64,000 bases of DNA from a virus, in the IMG/VR virus record IMGVR_UViG_3300045988_120248, positions 1 through 64,000 of that record, one strand, 5' to 3'. Shown here one piece after another: positions 48,840-57,754 of this stretch (its first letter is position 1; each line of letters begins with the position of its first letter). The notes beneath the pieces were generated by a model, which searched no databases, had not been told where the DNA came from, and saw only the letters and a list, made by a program, of their open reading frames with translations. Position numbers and translations under genes: made by a program.

Positions 48840-49212
48840 ATACGTTAATGCAACGCACATCATTGAGGGAATCAACAAAGCACTTGACTCCCTACGGCGA
48901 GAAGATGGCAAGCTACCGGACACGGAAGATGTCGATGAATTGCTTCGATTCAGGAGCAAACTGGAAGCCGCGCCGGAAGCCCCAATTAGGGATTATCGTC
49001 CAGAGAACGCACCGTTTGTGACGTTCAACGGCAATCCCGTTGGACTTCTGAAAAGCATACGACCTGATATTACTGAAATTGTAATTTCAACCAGCTACTG
49101 CGGATGCGAGTTTGTAAACGGTGAACTTGCATCAGTGGAAATTCTGAAAGAACCGTTGGACAAATTGGAGGAACGATATGGTAAAGCTATCGACGATTCA
49201 AAAGCACAATAA
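48832..49212 (+). CDS. hypothetical protein (126 aa, GTG start)
   Basis: GTG behind GGAGGGTG. Confidence 0.5.
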   Translation: MDKYVNATHIIEGINKALDSLRREDGKLPDTEDVDELLRFRSKLEAAPEAPIRDYRPENAPFVTFNGNPVGLLKSIRPDITEIVISTSYCGCEFVNGELASVEILKEPLDKLEERYGKAIDDSKAQ

Positions 49213-49537
49213 CCCGCACGCCATCCTTCGGAGTGATAACGAAGGACCCGGAGGCGGCTATCACGATTACACTGTGATGGATGTGGACAGAAAAAGTGTG
49301 ATTGCACAGATAAAATTTCAGAAAGGCGCACGAAATGACCCGAATGCGCGTCATGGCGTTTTAGATGCTGACCTTTTGGAAATCGTGCGTGATAGGCTGA
49401 CGGCCTTCAACAAGGGCGAATTTGCCACACGGGAGAACGCCTGCGCAATCACGCATATTGAAGAAGCCCTCATGTGGATGGCGAAACGCGCCGATGATCG
49501 GGCGGAACGCGGGGTGTTGGGGACGTATAACAAATGA
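49178..49537 (+). CDS. conserved small phage protein (119 aa); possibly Acb2/Tad1-like (unverified)
   Basis: Pattern ..IKFQKGARNDPNARHGVLDADLLEIVRDRLTAFNKGEFATRENACAITHIEEALMWMAKRADDRAERGVLGT. I recall it as a widespread phage family. The family label is from memory only. Confidence 0.55.
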   Translation: MVKLSTIQKHNNPHAILRSDNEGPGGGYHDYTVMDVDRKSVIAQIKFQKGARNDPNARHGVLDADLLEIVRDRLTAFNKGEFATRENACAITHIEEALMWMAKRADDRAERGVLGTYNK

Positions 49538-49848
49538 GAGAAGATAGATTTAAAACTATTTTCGTGTGCAACACAATAACGGGCTGCGTATGTGAGGAGC
49601 AGTGTGGCGTTGACATCGACGAGAAGTGCATCAAGAATATTTTGGAACGCGTTAAAGCGCGTGGAGAGGAATATGCTGTGTTTATGCTTCCGGGCGTTGT
49701 AAAACATGGTGACATTGTGAGATATGCCAATGCTGTTGCAGATTTGAGACGACTTCAAGATCCTAGAATCCAAGAAATTGTGTATAGAACGCAAAAAGCG
49801 ATTGAAATCCTGACGGACGGGAGGGAGAAACCGTATGGCGAAGCATGA
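49534..49848 (+). CDS. hypothetical protein (104 aa)
   Basis: ORF track; ATGA coupling. Confidence 0.55.
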   Translation: MREDRFKTIFVCNTITGCVCEEQCGVDIDEKCIKNILERVKARGEEYAVFMLPGVVKHGDIVRYANAVADLRRLQDPRIQEIVYRTQKAIEILTDGREKPYGEA

Positions 49849-50236
49849 CCAGAGGTGGCGTGATGCCAGATGGAAGCAAAAGAAACGCCAGAGGGACGCT
49901 GAAAGCAAGCGACGGGAATGGGAACTGTCAGAATTTGCACGGCAGGCGGACGAAGCGCTTGAGCATATGCGGCAATTCTCCGATTGGGCGGAGCCGATGA
50001 TAGAAAGACTTGATTTTTTGAAGGAAATCGGGCCGGGAGTCAACTTCGCGGAGATACTGGAAGGAACCAAGTACAGATTCGTTTCGCAGAAGTACAACGG
50101 CGATGGGACATATGATGTCACGTTCGAGGTAGACGTGCTGAGCAATGACAGCAAACACGAAAAGATCGGCGTGCTGACGGCAACTGCTTTGCGCGTGTCG
50201 TATATCGCGGGGAGGTTAGAAGTTCATGGACGATGA
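49835..50236 (+). CDS. hypothetical protein (133 aa)
   Basis: RBS GGGAGGGAG. Confidence 0.55.
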   Translation: MAKHDQRWRDARWKQKKRQRDAESKRREWELSEFARQADEALEHMRQFSDWAEPMIERLDFLKEIGPGVNFAEILEGTKYRFVSQKYNGDGTYDVTFEVDVLSNDSKHEKIGVLTATALRVSYIAGRLEVHGR

Positions 50237-50672
50237 TGAGAAATTTGAAGACTTCTACTCAAACGCAGAACGGCGCATCCGAGAACTTAACAAGAAACGC
50301 GACGATGCAATGAATGAAACACCACAGAAGATTTACGCGAAAATCGGCGAACTGATTGGGACACTCACTTTAGATGGCGAAGATTATCCAATAAAGGGGC
50401 TATCGGATAAAACCGCGCAGCTTCTTCACAGAACGGTTTGCCCAAACTGCGGTGCGCCGCACTCACCATGGGAAGCCCAATGCGAGTATTGCGGTGGGTA
50501 TGTTGATGTGGAAATGAATCAATTTGAGATAAAACCGCAAACTGGAGACTATTCGTTCATACGTTGGGACGGGGAAAGGTGGATACAAACACCTGCAAGA
50601 CTCCTGGACCGTATTTACGCAGAGAGAATATCGGAAGAAGACATCGTTGGATACAAGGAGGAAAAACAATGA
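50226..50672 (+). CDS. zinc-ribbon protein (148 aa)
   Basis: CPNCGAP...CEYCGG. RBS GGGAGG. Confidence 0.55.
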   Translation: MDDDEKFEDFYSNAERRIRELNKKRDDAMNETPQKIYAKIGELIGTLTLDGEDYPIKGLSDKTAQLLHRTVCPNCGAPHSPWEAQCEYCGGYVDVEMNQFEIKPQTGDYSFIRWDGERWIQTPARLLDRIYAERISEEDIVGYKEEKQ

Positions 50673-50911
50673 AGAATACAGCAATCGCTTCAGTCGGCAA
50701 ACTTGTGGATCATAAGTTTGATCGCAGCGTTCCCGCCATTCCATGCAGAATGGAAGCAGGGAAAGCAGGGACAGACCCGCGTGTTTTTGAACTTCCGCAG
50801 GGAGCCATAGACCGAATTAACAACGAAGCATATGCTAATCCGTGTAATGGCATAGGAACGCTTGACGATGAAACGGCAAAGGCCATTTTGACCGCGTTTG
50901 AAACAGCCTAA
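50669..50911 (+). CDS. hypothetical protein (80 aa)
   Basis: Start behind AAGGAGGAAAAA. Confidence 0.5.
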   Translation: MKNTAIASVGKLVDHKFDRSVPAIPCRMEAGKAGTDPRVFELPQGAIDRINNEAYANPCNGIGTLDDETAKAILTAFETA

Positions 50912-50932
50912 AACAAACTTTTGCAACTTCTC

Positions 50933-50961
50933 TTGCATTTTTGCTGATTATATGGTATAAT
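50933..50961 (+). promoter_or_regulatory. late-operon promoter TTGCAT-17-(TGg)TATAAT
   Basis: TTGCAT at 50933-50938, and TATAAT at 50956-50961 with an extended -10 TG. Confidence 0.65.
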
Positions 50962-50987
50962 CAAGCAAAATAGATAGAGACGTTTAC

Positions 50988-51047
50988 GCGCTGTTCCGGT
51001 GCTTTTCCTATGGGAAAGGTATCGGGACAGCGCTTTTTGCGTTTTTT
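50988..51047 (+). terminator. long hairpin GCGCTGTTCCGG.../...CGGGACAGCGC + T5/T6, between the late promoter and the terminase genes
   Basis: Read directly; it lies immediately before the RBS of 51057. Confidence 0.6.
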
Positions 51048-51056
51048 GGAGGTAAA

Positions 51057-52004
51057 ATGAGCGAAAATGTCAGCGAACTGGAACAGCAAGAATATTATGC
51101 GCAGCTTGCAAAAAAGACCTCGGAAAGTCTTGCATATTTCTACTGCTGCATCAAGTATGATGTTCCTTTTGCGCGCGACTGCGTACCGCGCGATGAAGGG
51201 CGCGACAAGTGGCTTTCGTACCTCGATAACCTCCATATCAAGAAACTGGATGCCAGCAAGAGCGGCGAGCGTTACGGCTTCCTCGATGGCTTGACCGACA
51301 TCACGAAGATATTTGGCGAGTGTCTGAAAGACGGAGAGTTTACGAAGGCCGTCTATGCAGAAAAAAATGCGCAGTCGGCCAAAACTGGCACGGTGAGGCA
51401 GCGGAAAGATTGGGGAACCGGAAACGACGAGCATCCATACACCAATGAAGACTATGCAGAATTCGACAGAATATACACTGTCCTTGCATCTGACTTGGGA
51501 GGTGAAGATGCTCTGAGTGCGAAACAGCAGCTTATCCTTCGCAACGTTTCCAAATGGACGAAGCAGATGAACGATGCTTCCGATGCTGGAAAATTCGATG
51601 CAGCGAGAAAACTGTCAGCCATCATACAGGAAAACTTGGCGAGCGATAACCTCAGAAAGCGCGATGCCAAACCGGTAGAGGAAATCCGGGTTGACGGCAT
51701 TACTGAACGGCTCGAAAAAGCTGGCCTGATGAAGAACGGTAAACCGGTAGACCCCGATACCGCATTTGAACTGCTTTTCCACAGAAGACCAAAGTATTCT
51801 TACACAAAAGACGCTGCGGAACAGATGCTTCTCGCAATTATCAACACGTCGCGTATGAATGATTCGCTCCCGGAATTCTCAACGCTACCGGATAGCGCAA
51901 GAATCAAAGATGATCTCCATGAGTTCGCAGAAGAACCGAATGAAATGGAGAAAACCGCATATGAAGGGTTCGGCTATGTGAAGATGCCCCCCGTAAAGGC
52001 ATGA
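51057..52004 (+). CDS. putative terminase small subunit (315 aa)
   Basis: First gene of the late operon and directly upstream of the large terminase. No motif was recognised. Confidence 0.4.
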   Translation: MSENVSELEQQEYYAQLAKKTSESLAYFYCCIKYDVPFARDCVPRDEGRDKWLSYLDNLHIKKLDASKSGERYGFLDGLTDITKIFGECLKDGEFTKAVYAEKNAQSAKTGTVRQRKDWGTGNDEHPYTNEDYAEFDRIYTVLASDLGGEDALSAKQQLILRNVSKWTKQMNDASDAGKFDAARKLSAIIQENLASDNLRKRDAKPVEEIRVDGITERLEKAGLMKNGKPVDPDTAFELLFHRRPKYSYTKDAAEQMLLAIINTSRMNDSLPEFSTLPDSARIKDDLHEFAEEPNEMEKTAYEGFGYVKMPPVKA

Positions 52005-52013
52005 CAAAAATTT

Positions 52014-53867
52014 ATGGCAAGACGATATGGTAAGGCTTGGGCACCAGGAGTCGGATGGATAAGTAAACGCGAGGTTGAACAGCGCGATTACAGTAACTTC
52101 GAAAATGATTTTTGGTGTCTTCTGATTTGGGTCGGAAGATTCTTTCCAGATATACTTGCGGATGTACTTCGTGCCGACGATGCAGACTACAAGACACTCG
52201 AAATTGTACAACGCGTCATGATGCGTGCAAATGCCAGATATCAGGATGTAGCAATCACGGGAACCCGTGGACTGAGCAAGACCTACTCAGAAATGCTCGG
52301 CGAGGAAATCAACGGTATTGTTTGGCCAGGAACGCGAGTCCTTTATACTGGTCCGGCACTCAAGCAATTATCTGATATCGGAAGTAAAACACACGCAGAC
52401 TTGGCAAAAAGCTACCCGTGTATTACAAAACACTGGCGTATTGCGGCAGAAAGCAAGGACGATTTCAGAATTACGACAGATTATGGGTCATCATTCTACA
52501 TAGGAGCAAAACGTGGTGACAACCTTCACGCTGTTATCGCGGAAGAATTTGCGCAGGAAGAACAACCTGCGTTTGACTTCAACGAATATACGACAGTTGC
52601 GCTTCCAGCTGTTCGATTGGCTCACAACGTAAACGGTGAGAAGGACGAAAACTTCGTCGCATATAAAAACCACTCGATTACCAGCGCAGGAAGAAAGCAG
52701 AATCACGCATTCTTGGTTCGCTGCGAAGTTCGCAAGGGAATGCGGAACGGGGACAGCAGTTTCCAGATGGATGTTCCGTATCAATGCGTAATCCTTCAAC
52801 AAATGCGCCCCTACTCATGGGCACAAAAACTCAAATCTAAGCTTACCCCAGAACGCTGGATGCGTGAGATGGAAAGTCGATACACCGGCGCGGATGAATA
52901 TCCCATTATCTCGGATGAAAGTCTTTCTGAAAGCTGCTGCTTGCAAAGCATGGAACGTCAGCATTGCTGCAAATACCCCGGAAACAAAACAGACCCAAAA
53001 GACGTGATATACATCGTCTGCTACGACGTTTCCTATGAAGACGCAAAAAAGAACGCAAAATGCGCTGTTGGCGTTTGGAAGCTTACGAAACAAGATGATT
53101 TCCTGAAACGGGACAGATACCTGAAGCAACTGGTGTGGCTGGACGATTGGCCCCCACCGGATAACGCTATGAAACAGGCACGAAAACTGAAAGACGTCTG
53201 GTATCGGTTTTGCTTTGATGGCGGCAACACCACCTATATTGCAATCGACGGATGGCAGTACGGCAAGGCGGTCATTGAAGACCTTATGAAAGACCTCGGT
53301 GATGGGTTGCCACCGCTGTGTATCTTAGACCATACCGAATATGTGGCTTTGGAACAGGATGGAGCGTTGCCAATCATTTACCCAATCAAAGCCGGTGGTA
53401 GCGGCGTTACAGACCCAGATGTTGAAATGATTCGGTACGCACAGACGCAGTTCGATAACCACAACGTACAGCTTCTTACGATGAATACTCGTGAGGGCGT
53501 GGAGGCGTACAAGCGGATTCATAAGATCAAGGACGATGATCTGGATTATCAGATTGCACGTCCATACCAAAAGACCAGAGAACTGTCTGGACAGATTCAA
53601 AACCTGAAGGCTGTCCCGTCGGGCGCTGGATTCAGCGAGAAGCGCATTTCCCGCGCAATACAAAGAGACAGCTGGTCTGCTATAAAGTACGGCTTGCGCC
53701 TTGCTCAAAAGCTGGAAAAAGAACTCGTCTTGAGCGAAGTCCGTAAAAAGAGCGACTGGGACGCGCTTCTTTCCAAGTATAAGGCAAAAGGGAACGTAAA
53801 AAACGTTACCGGAGGAAGCACAGGCGCAAGGCTTGTGACGCAAAGACGCGGAGGAAGGATTTTTTAA
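52014..53867 (+). CDS. terL: terminase large subunit
   Basis: Walker A-like ITGTRGLSKTY and Walker B-like LHAVIAEEF. Size (617 aa) and position before the portal also fit. Confidence 0.75.
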   Translation: MARRYGKAWAPGVGWISKREVEQRDYSNFENDFWCLLIWVGRFFPDILADVLRADDADYKTLEIVQRVMMRANARYQDVAITGTRGLSKTYSEMLGEEINGIVWPGTRVLYTGPALKQLSDIGSKTHADLAKSYPCITKHWRIAAESKDDFRITTDYGSSFYIGAKRGDNLHAVIAEEFAQEEQPAFDFNEYTTVALPAVRLAHNVNGEKDENFVAYKNHSITSAGRKQNHAFLVRCEVRKGMRNGDSSFQMDVPYQCVILQQMRPYSWAQKLKSKLTPERWMREMESRYTGADEYPIISDESLSESCCLQSMERQHCCKYPGNKTDPKDVIYIVCYDVSYEDAKKNAKCAVGVWKLTKQDDFLKRDRYLKQLVWLDDWPPPDNAMKQARKLKDVWYRFCFDGGNTTYIAIDGWQYGKAVIEDLMKDLGDGLPPLCILDHTEYVALEQDGALPIIYPIKAGGSGVTDPDVEMIRYAQTQFDNHNVQLLTMNTREGVEAYKRIHKIKDDDLDYQIARPYQKTRELSGQIQNLKAVPSGAGFSEKRISRAIQRDSWSAIKYGLRLAQKLEKELVLSEVRKKSDWDALLSKYKAKGNVKNVTGGSTGARLVTQRRGGRIF

Positions 53868-54248
53868 ATGGCTGAAAATCAGGAAAAGATCTATCGGCTT
53901 TATGCGCTGACCATAACACAGGAATCTGTGGAAATCGCCATGATGGAACGGTTCAGCCGAATTGCACCGGGTTATATCCTGATTTATACGGCTGGAACAC
54001 AGCCTAAAGGCAGCATTGAGATAAACGGCGAAGATGTAAAGCGGCTGACGAAAGCCGACAGCGACTGGATTATGATCTGTGCTGCAACGCTGCTTCGGGA
54101 ACGTATGGAGCAAAACCAGACGCAATCAATGGAAAATCTGAGCCGAATGGTCGACCAACTTTCGGCAGCCCTCGCGGCGGAGCGCGAGAAGATCAAGACC
54201 GGCGGGGAGGAAATAACAGATGGCGATAGAGACGAGCGAACTCAATAA
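53868..54248 (+). CDS. hypothetical protein (126 aa)
   Basis: ORF track; lies between terminase and portal. Confidence 0.5.
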   Translation: MAENQEKIYRLYALTITQESVEIAMMERFSRIAPGYILIYTAGTQPKGSIEINGEDVKRLTKADSDWIMICAATLLRERMEQNQTQSMENLSRMVDQLSAALAAEREKIKTGGEEITDGDRDERTQ

Positions 54249-55974
54249 GCTACAGTATTCTTCTTTTCCGAAGATTTTTGAACGGTTCCGTAAGATGGCG
54301 GCTGAAAATCAGGGTATCCCGATGTCCAGTATTACCTCCGCGTTTGCCGGAATCAATTCTGGCCGCTATGGTCTTGCGAACCCGTACATTCAGAACCGGC
54401 GTGTAAAGCAGATTTCATCGCTGCCGGCTGATTTTACAAAAGATCAGGTCGCAGAAATGCTCACAAAGCCGTATGACAGCGAACAGCCACTTCGGCAAGT
54501 GGCGCATATTCTGGAGTATACGGCGTATCCGCTTTTCCACATTCGAAAAGTCTATCAAGAAATGCTGACGTATCATAACTATGTGATGCCGAAGCTGACG
54601 GACTCGGCCGACACCAAAAAGGACGAGTTCATGCGCGAATGGAAGCTGCTCGAAAAGCTGCGCGAGGAATTCAAACCGAAGGAAACTGCGCATCAGATCG
54701 TAGGCCAAGTTGGCATAGAAGGGAAGGTCTTCTATTATCCTCGCTACAGCGTAGATAAGAGCCATAACAAGGTGAACTACGCATTCATGCAGCAGCTTCC
54801 CAGTGACTGGACGAAAATCACCGGATACAACAATATTTCCAAGTACACCGTGGCATTTAACATGATGTACTTCCTCCAACCGGGCTGCGTACCGGAGCAA
54901 TACGGTGATCTGTTTACGCCGTACCTTTACGATTTCAGCAGCGTCGTGCAAAAGCCCAAGGGAACTGGCACTTCGCTGATTTTCGCGCAAAAAACGCGCG
55001 TTGATATGCAGCAATTCCAGCGCATCCAAGCGCGCGGCGATATGGCCGGAACCCCAGATGTCTATTATCAGAATGGGCGCTGGTACTATTGGGTTTACCT
55101 ACCAGCAGATGCAGTATTTACGTTTGAAGCTGACGATGTAAGTCGGACTGCAATTTCTCCGTTTGCAGGACTGTTCCTCAACATGATTCAACTTGCTCAG
55201 ATGGAGCAAATTCAGTTGGAGCTGATTCAAAACCCGTTGGTCAGCCTTCTGCATGGTGAAATTCCGTACAGAGATGACAAAAATGCGACGGCAGAAGACC
55301 AATACAAACTTAGTAACGCCGGCCGACTCATGTTTGAAGCGATTTGGTATGATATGCTGCAGGCCAACAACACATCAGGTCTTGGCATTTATATGGCACC
55401 TGTGCAGTCAATGAAGCTGGAGACGCTGAGTGAAGCTCCGTCGGCTATGGACATCGTAAAACAAGGATATAGTGACACAATCAATCAAGCAGGCCTTGGT
55501 GGCCTTATGCCGGTTGATTCCGACGCGAAAGCAGCTACAACACAGATTTCGTTCCAAATTGAGAGCAAATTCATGAAGACGGTCTACCATGACTATGAGC
55601 GAATGATGAACGCAATCATCAAAAAACTCAGCCCTCGGTATGAGTGGAAGTTCGTCATGTTTGGAGATCTCTCCGAAGACGAAAAAATGCTCGAACGGTG
55701 CATGAATGGGATGGAACACGGCATTCTGCCGGATACCATCGTATATAATGCACTGCTTGACCGATCCATTCTGGACGATATGTGCCTGTCTGACGCGGTA
55801 TACAACAGCGGCATTTTGGACAAACGTATTCCACTTGTTACAAGCTATAACATGAAGCAAGAGTCTTCCGGATTGCCACCGCAGTCACCGGGAAGACCAA
55901 AGGGTGATGGTAATGTGACAAGCGAGGGAACTGAGTCGATGGTTGATACCTATGGGGATACGAACCCTATATAA
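54220..55974 (+). CDS. putative portal protein (584 aa)
   Basis: Size and position after terL; RBS GGGGAGG. Confidence 0.55.
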   Translation: MAIETSELNKLQYSSFPKIFERFRKMAAENQGIPMSSITSAFAGINSGRYGLANPYIQNRRVKQISSLPADFTKDQVAEMLTKPYDSEQPLRQVAHILEYTAYPLFHIRKVYQEMLTYHNYVMPKLTDSADTKKDEFMREWKLLEKLREEFKPKETAHQIVGQVGIEGKVFYYPRYSVDKSHNKVNYAFMQQLPSDWTKITGYNNISKYTVAFNMMYFLQPGCVPEQYGDLFTPYLYDFSSVVQKPKGTGTSLIFAQKTRVDMQQFQRIQARGDMAGTPDVYYQNGRWYYWVYLPADAVFTFEADDVSRTAISPFAGLFLNMIQLAQMEQIQLELIQNPLVSLLHGEIPYRDDKNATAEDQYKLSNAGRLMFEAIWYDMLQANNTSGLGIYMAPVQSMKLETLSEAPSAMDIVKQGYSDTINQAGLGGLMPVDSDAKAATTQISFQIESKFMKTVYHDYERMMNAIIKKLSPRYEWKFVMFGDLSEDEKMLERCMNGMEHGILPDTIVYNALLDRSILDDMCLSDAVYNSGILDKRIPLVTSYNMKQESSGLPPQSPGRPKGDGNVTSEGTESMVDTYGDTNPI

Positions 55975-55987
55975 GCAATGAAACACT

Positions 55988-56040
55988 GGGGATAGGGTAG
56001 CTCCTGAAAAGCGGTTCCCTTACCGCCTTCCCCTGTTTTT
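55988..56040 (+). terminator. imperfect hairpin GGGGA.AGGG/CCCT..TCCCC + TGTTTTT
   Basis: Lies after the portal gene. Confidence 0.4.
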
Positions 56041-56073
56041 CAATAAGGGAATTACTGAAGGGAGTAATTGAAC

Positions 56074-56952
56074 ATGCCGAGGTTCCAAGACCTTACTGGA
56101 GTGAAATTTGGCCGCCTGACGGTTATTGAACAGGCCGGGCGTGACAAAAATAGATCAATTAAATGGAAATGCAGATGTGAGTGTGGGAATTATACAACAG
56201 TCCTTGGAGGAAACTTACGAAAAGGGACTAGCAGAAGCTGCGGATGCCTTGCAAAAGAAATTGCAAGAGAAAGAGACAGTGCGGAAAATTTGACCGGCAG
56301 AACCTTTGGTCGGCTTACTGTCCTGTATCGTGTGGAAAATGATAGTAGTGGGAAGCCGAAGTGGCTGTGCAAATGTGAATGCGGAAATATGAAAGCTGCG
56401 TCAGCGAAACATCTCAAACACGGAGACGTAAAGAGTTGCGGCTGTCTTCCGAAAGAACACGCAAAAACACTGCATAAAATCAACGAAACACATGGAAAGA
56501 GTAACACTCGTTTATATCAGGTCTGGGAAGGTATGAAACAACGATGCAGACCAACATCTAAAAATTACGGCGCTCGTGGCATAAAAATGTGCAAAGAATG
56601 GGAAAACTTTGAACCGTTCTTTGAGTGGGCAATGTCAAACGGCTATGATCCTGGCGCAAAGCGGCTCCAATGTACACTTGACCGAATCGACGTAAACGGT
56701 GATTACTGCCCAGAAAACTGTAGATGGATTGACAACCTATCACAGCAAAACAATCGTCAAGATAATCACAAAATTACGTTTAATGGGGAAACACACACGC
56801 TTGCGGAATGGTCAAGGATACTCAATATGAAGTATGAAACACTTATAGCCAGAATCGAAAGATATGGCTGGAGCGTGGAAAAAGCGCTGTCCATACCAAC
56901 TGTTTCACCACATGACAAGCGACGATGCGCACATGGAGGTACAAATGATTGA
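56074..56952 (+). CDS. Zn-module / DNA-binding protein of a type often found as free-standing insertions in phage genomes (292 aa)
   Basis: The module FGRLTV...W.C.CECGN....SCGC is duplicated. The C-terminus reads THGKSNTRLYQVWEGMKQRC..YGARGIKMCKEW..LDRIDVNGDYCPENCRW. The family is recognised, but its function is not. Confidence 0.55.
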   Translation: MPRFQDLTGVKFGRLTVIEQAGRDKNRSIKWKCRCECGNYTTVLGGNLRKGTSRSCGCLAKEIARERDSAENLTGRTFGRLTVLYRVENDSSGKPKWLCKCECGNMKAASAKHLKHGDVKSCGCLPKEHAKTLHKINETHGKSNTRLYQVWEGMKQRCRPTSKNYGARGIKMCKEWENFEPFFEWAMSNGYDPGAKRLQCTLDRIDVNGDYCPENCRWIDNLSQQNNRQDNHKITFNGETHTLAEWSRILNMKYETLIARIERYGWSVEKALSIPTVSPHDKRRCAHGGTND

Positions 56953-57109
56953 TTATGTCAAAAAAGAAGACCTCCACATTATCAACAGGGCGCTTAATAA
57001 TGGCAGTGATGTGAAGATTCAGCTCACAAAAGACGGATACCGTATCACGGAAGATACCATGAAAGTCCTGAAACGAGTGGCAATTAGTCAGGAAAAAATG
57101 GAAAAATAA
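56945..57109 (+). CDS. hypothetical protein (54 aa)
   Basis: Start MIDYVKKED behind GGAGGTAC. Confidence 0.45.
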   Translation: MIDYVKKEDLHIINRALNNGSDVKIQLTKDGYRITEDTMKVLKRVAISQEKMEK

Positions 57110-57150
57110 AAAATTGGACCTGCGCCGAAAGAGCGGTGCAGAAGAGCCGA

Positions 57151-57199
57151 AGAGGGCTACCGACACAGTGAAATGTGCCGGTAGCCCTCTTTTATTTTG
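57151..57199 (+). terminator. terminator AGAGGGCTACCG...CGGTAGCCCTCT + TTTTATTTT
   Basis: 12-bp perfect stem. Confidence 0.75.
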
Positions 57200-57218
57200 C
57201 AAGGAAGGAGACAACGAA

Positions 57219-57752
57219 ATGGCTCGACTGAAAGAACGGTTTGACTTCGAGAACGGTGCGCTTGCCGCTGTGCGAGATGCTGCGAAGGATGTAACCGGCG
57301 CGTATCAAGATGCTGCGCGTGGACTGGATACGCTGAAAGAATGGGTTCTGATTGAATTTGGAATGCCGAATACGGCCAATGCCATCCACAAACTGGCTCA
57401 TCTTCAGCCCCAGAGATTCGATGTAGTCGGAGATCTGCTGCATCAGCGGCATATCCTGCAAATCTACCCGGCAACTGCGGAGTACGAAGGACGGCCTGAC
57501 AATCTGGATGGTGTGTTTGAGTCCATCATTGACATGCTCCAGAAAGTCGAAGATGCGCTTCACAAATGTGTCGAGATCTGCGATAAAAACGGTCTTTATC
57601 CGCTTGGACGCGGATTTGAAAACCTTCAAATGGAAAACAGCGCAAGCTACGAGAAGTTCATGTATGCGTGGCAGATGTACTCCGAACACGAGATGAGCGC
57701 GACCAGTTTTGACGGCTGGATTGAAGAACTCTTCGAGGAAGAGGGTGACTGA
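57219..57752 (+). CDS. hypothetical head-module protein (177 aa)
   Basis: Start behind AAGGAAGGAG. Confidence 0.5.
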   Translation: MARLKERFDFENGALAAVRDAAKDVTGAYQDAARGLDTLKEWVLIEFGMPNTANAIHKLAHLQPQRFDVVGDLLHQRHILQIYPATAEYEGRPDNLDGVFESIIDMLQKVEDALHKCVEICDKNGLYPLGRGFENLQMENSASYEKFMYAWQMYSEHEMSATSFDGWIEELFEEEGD

Positions 57753-57754
57753 CA

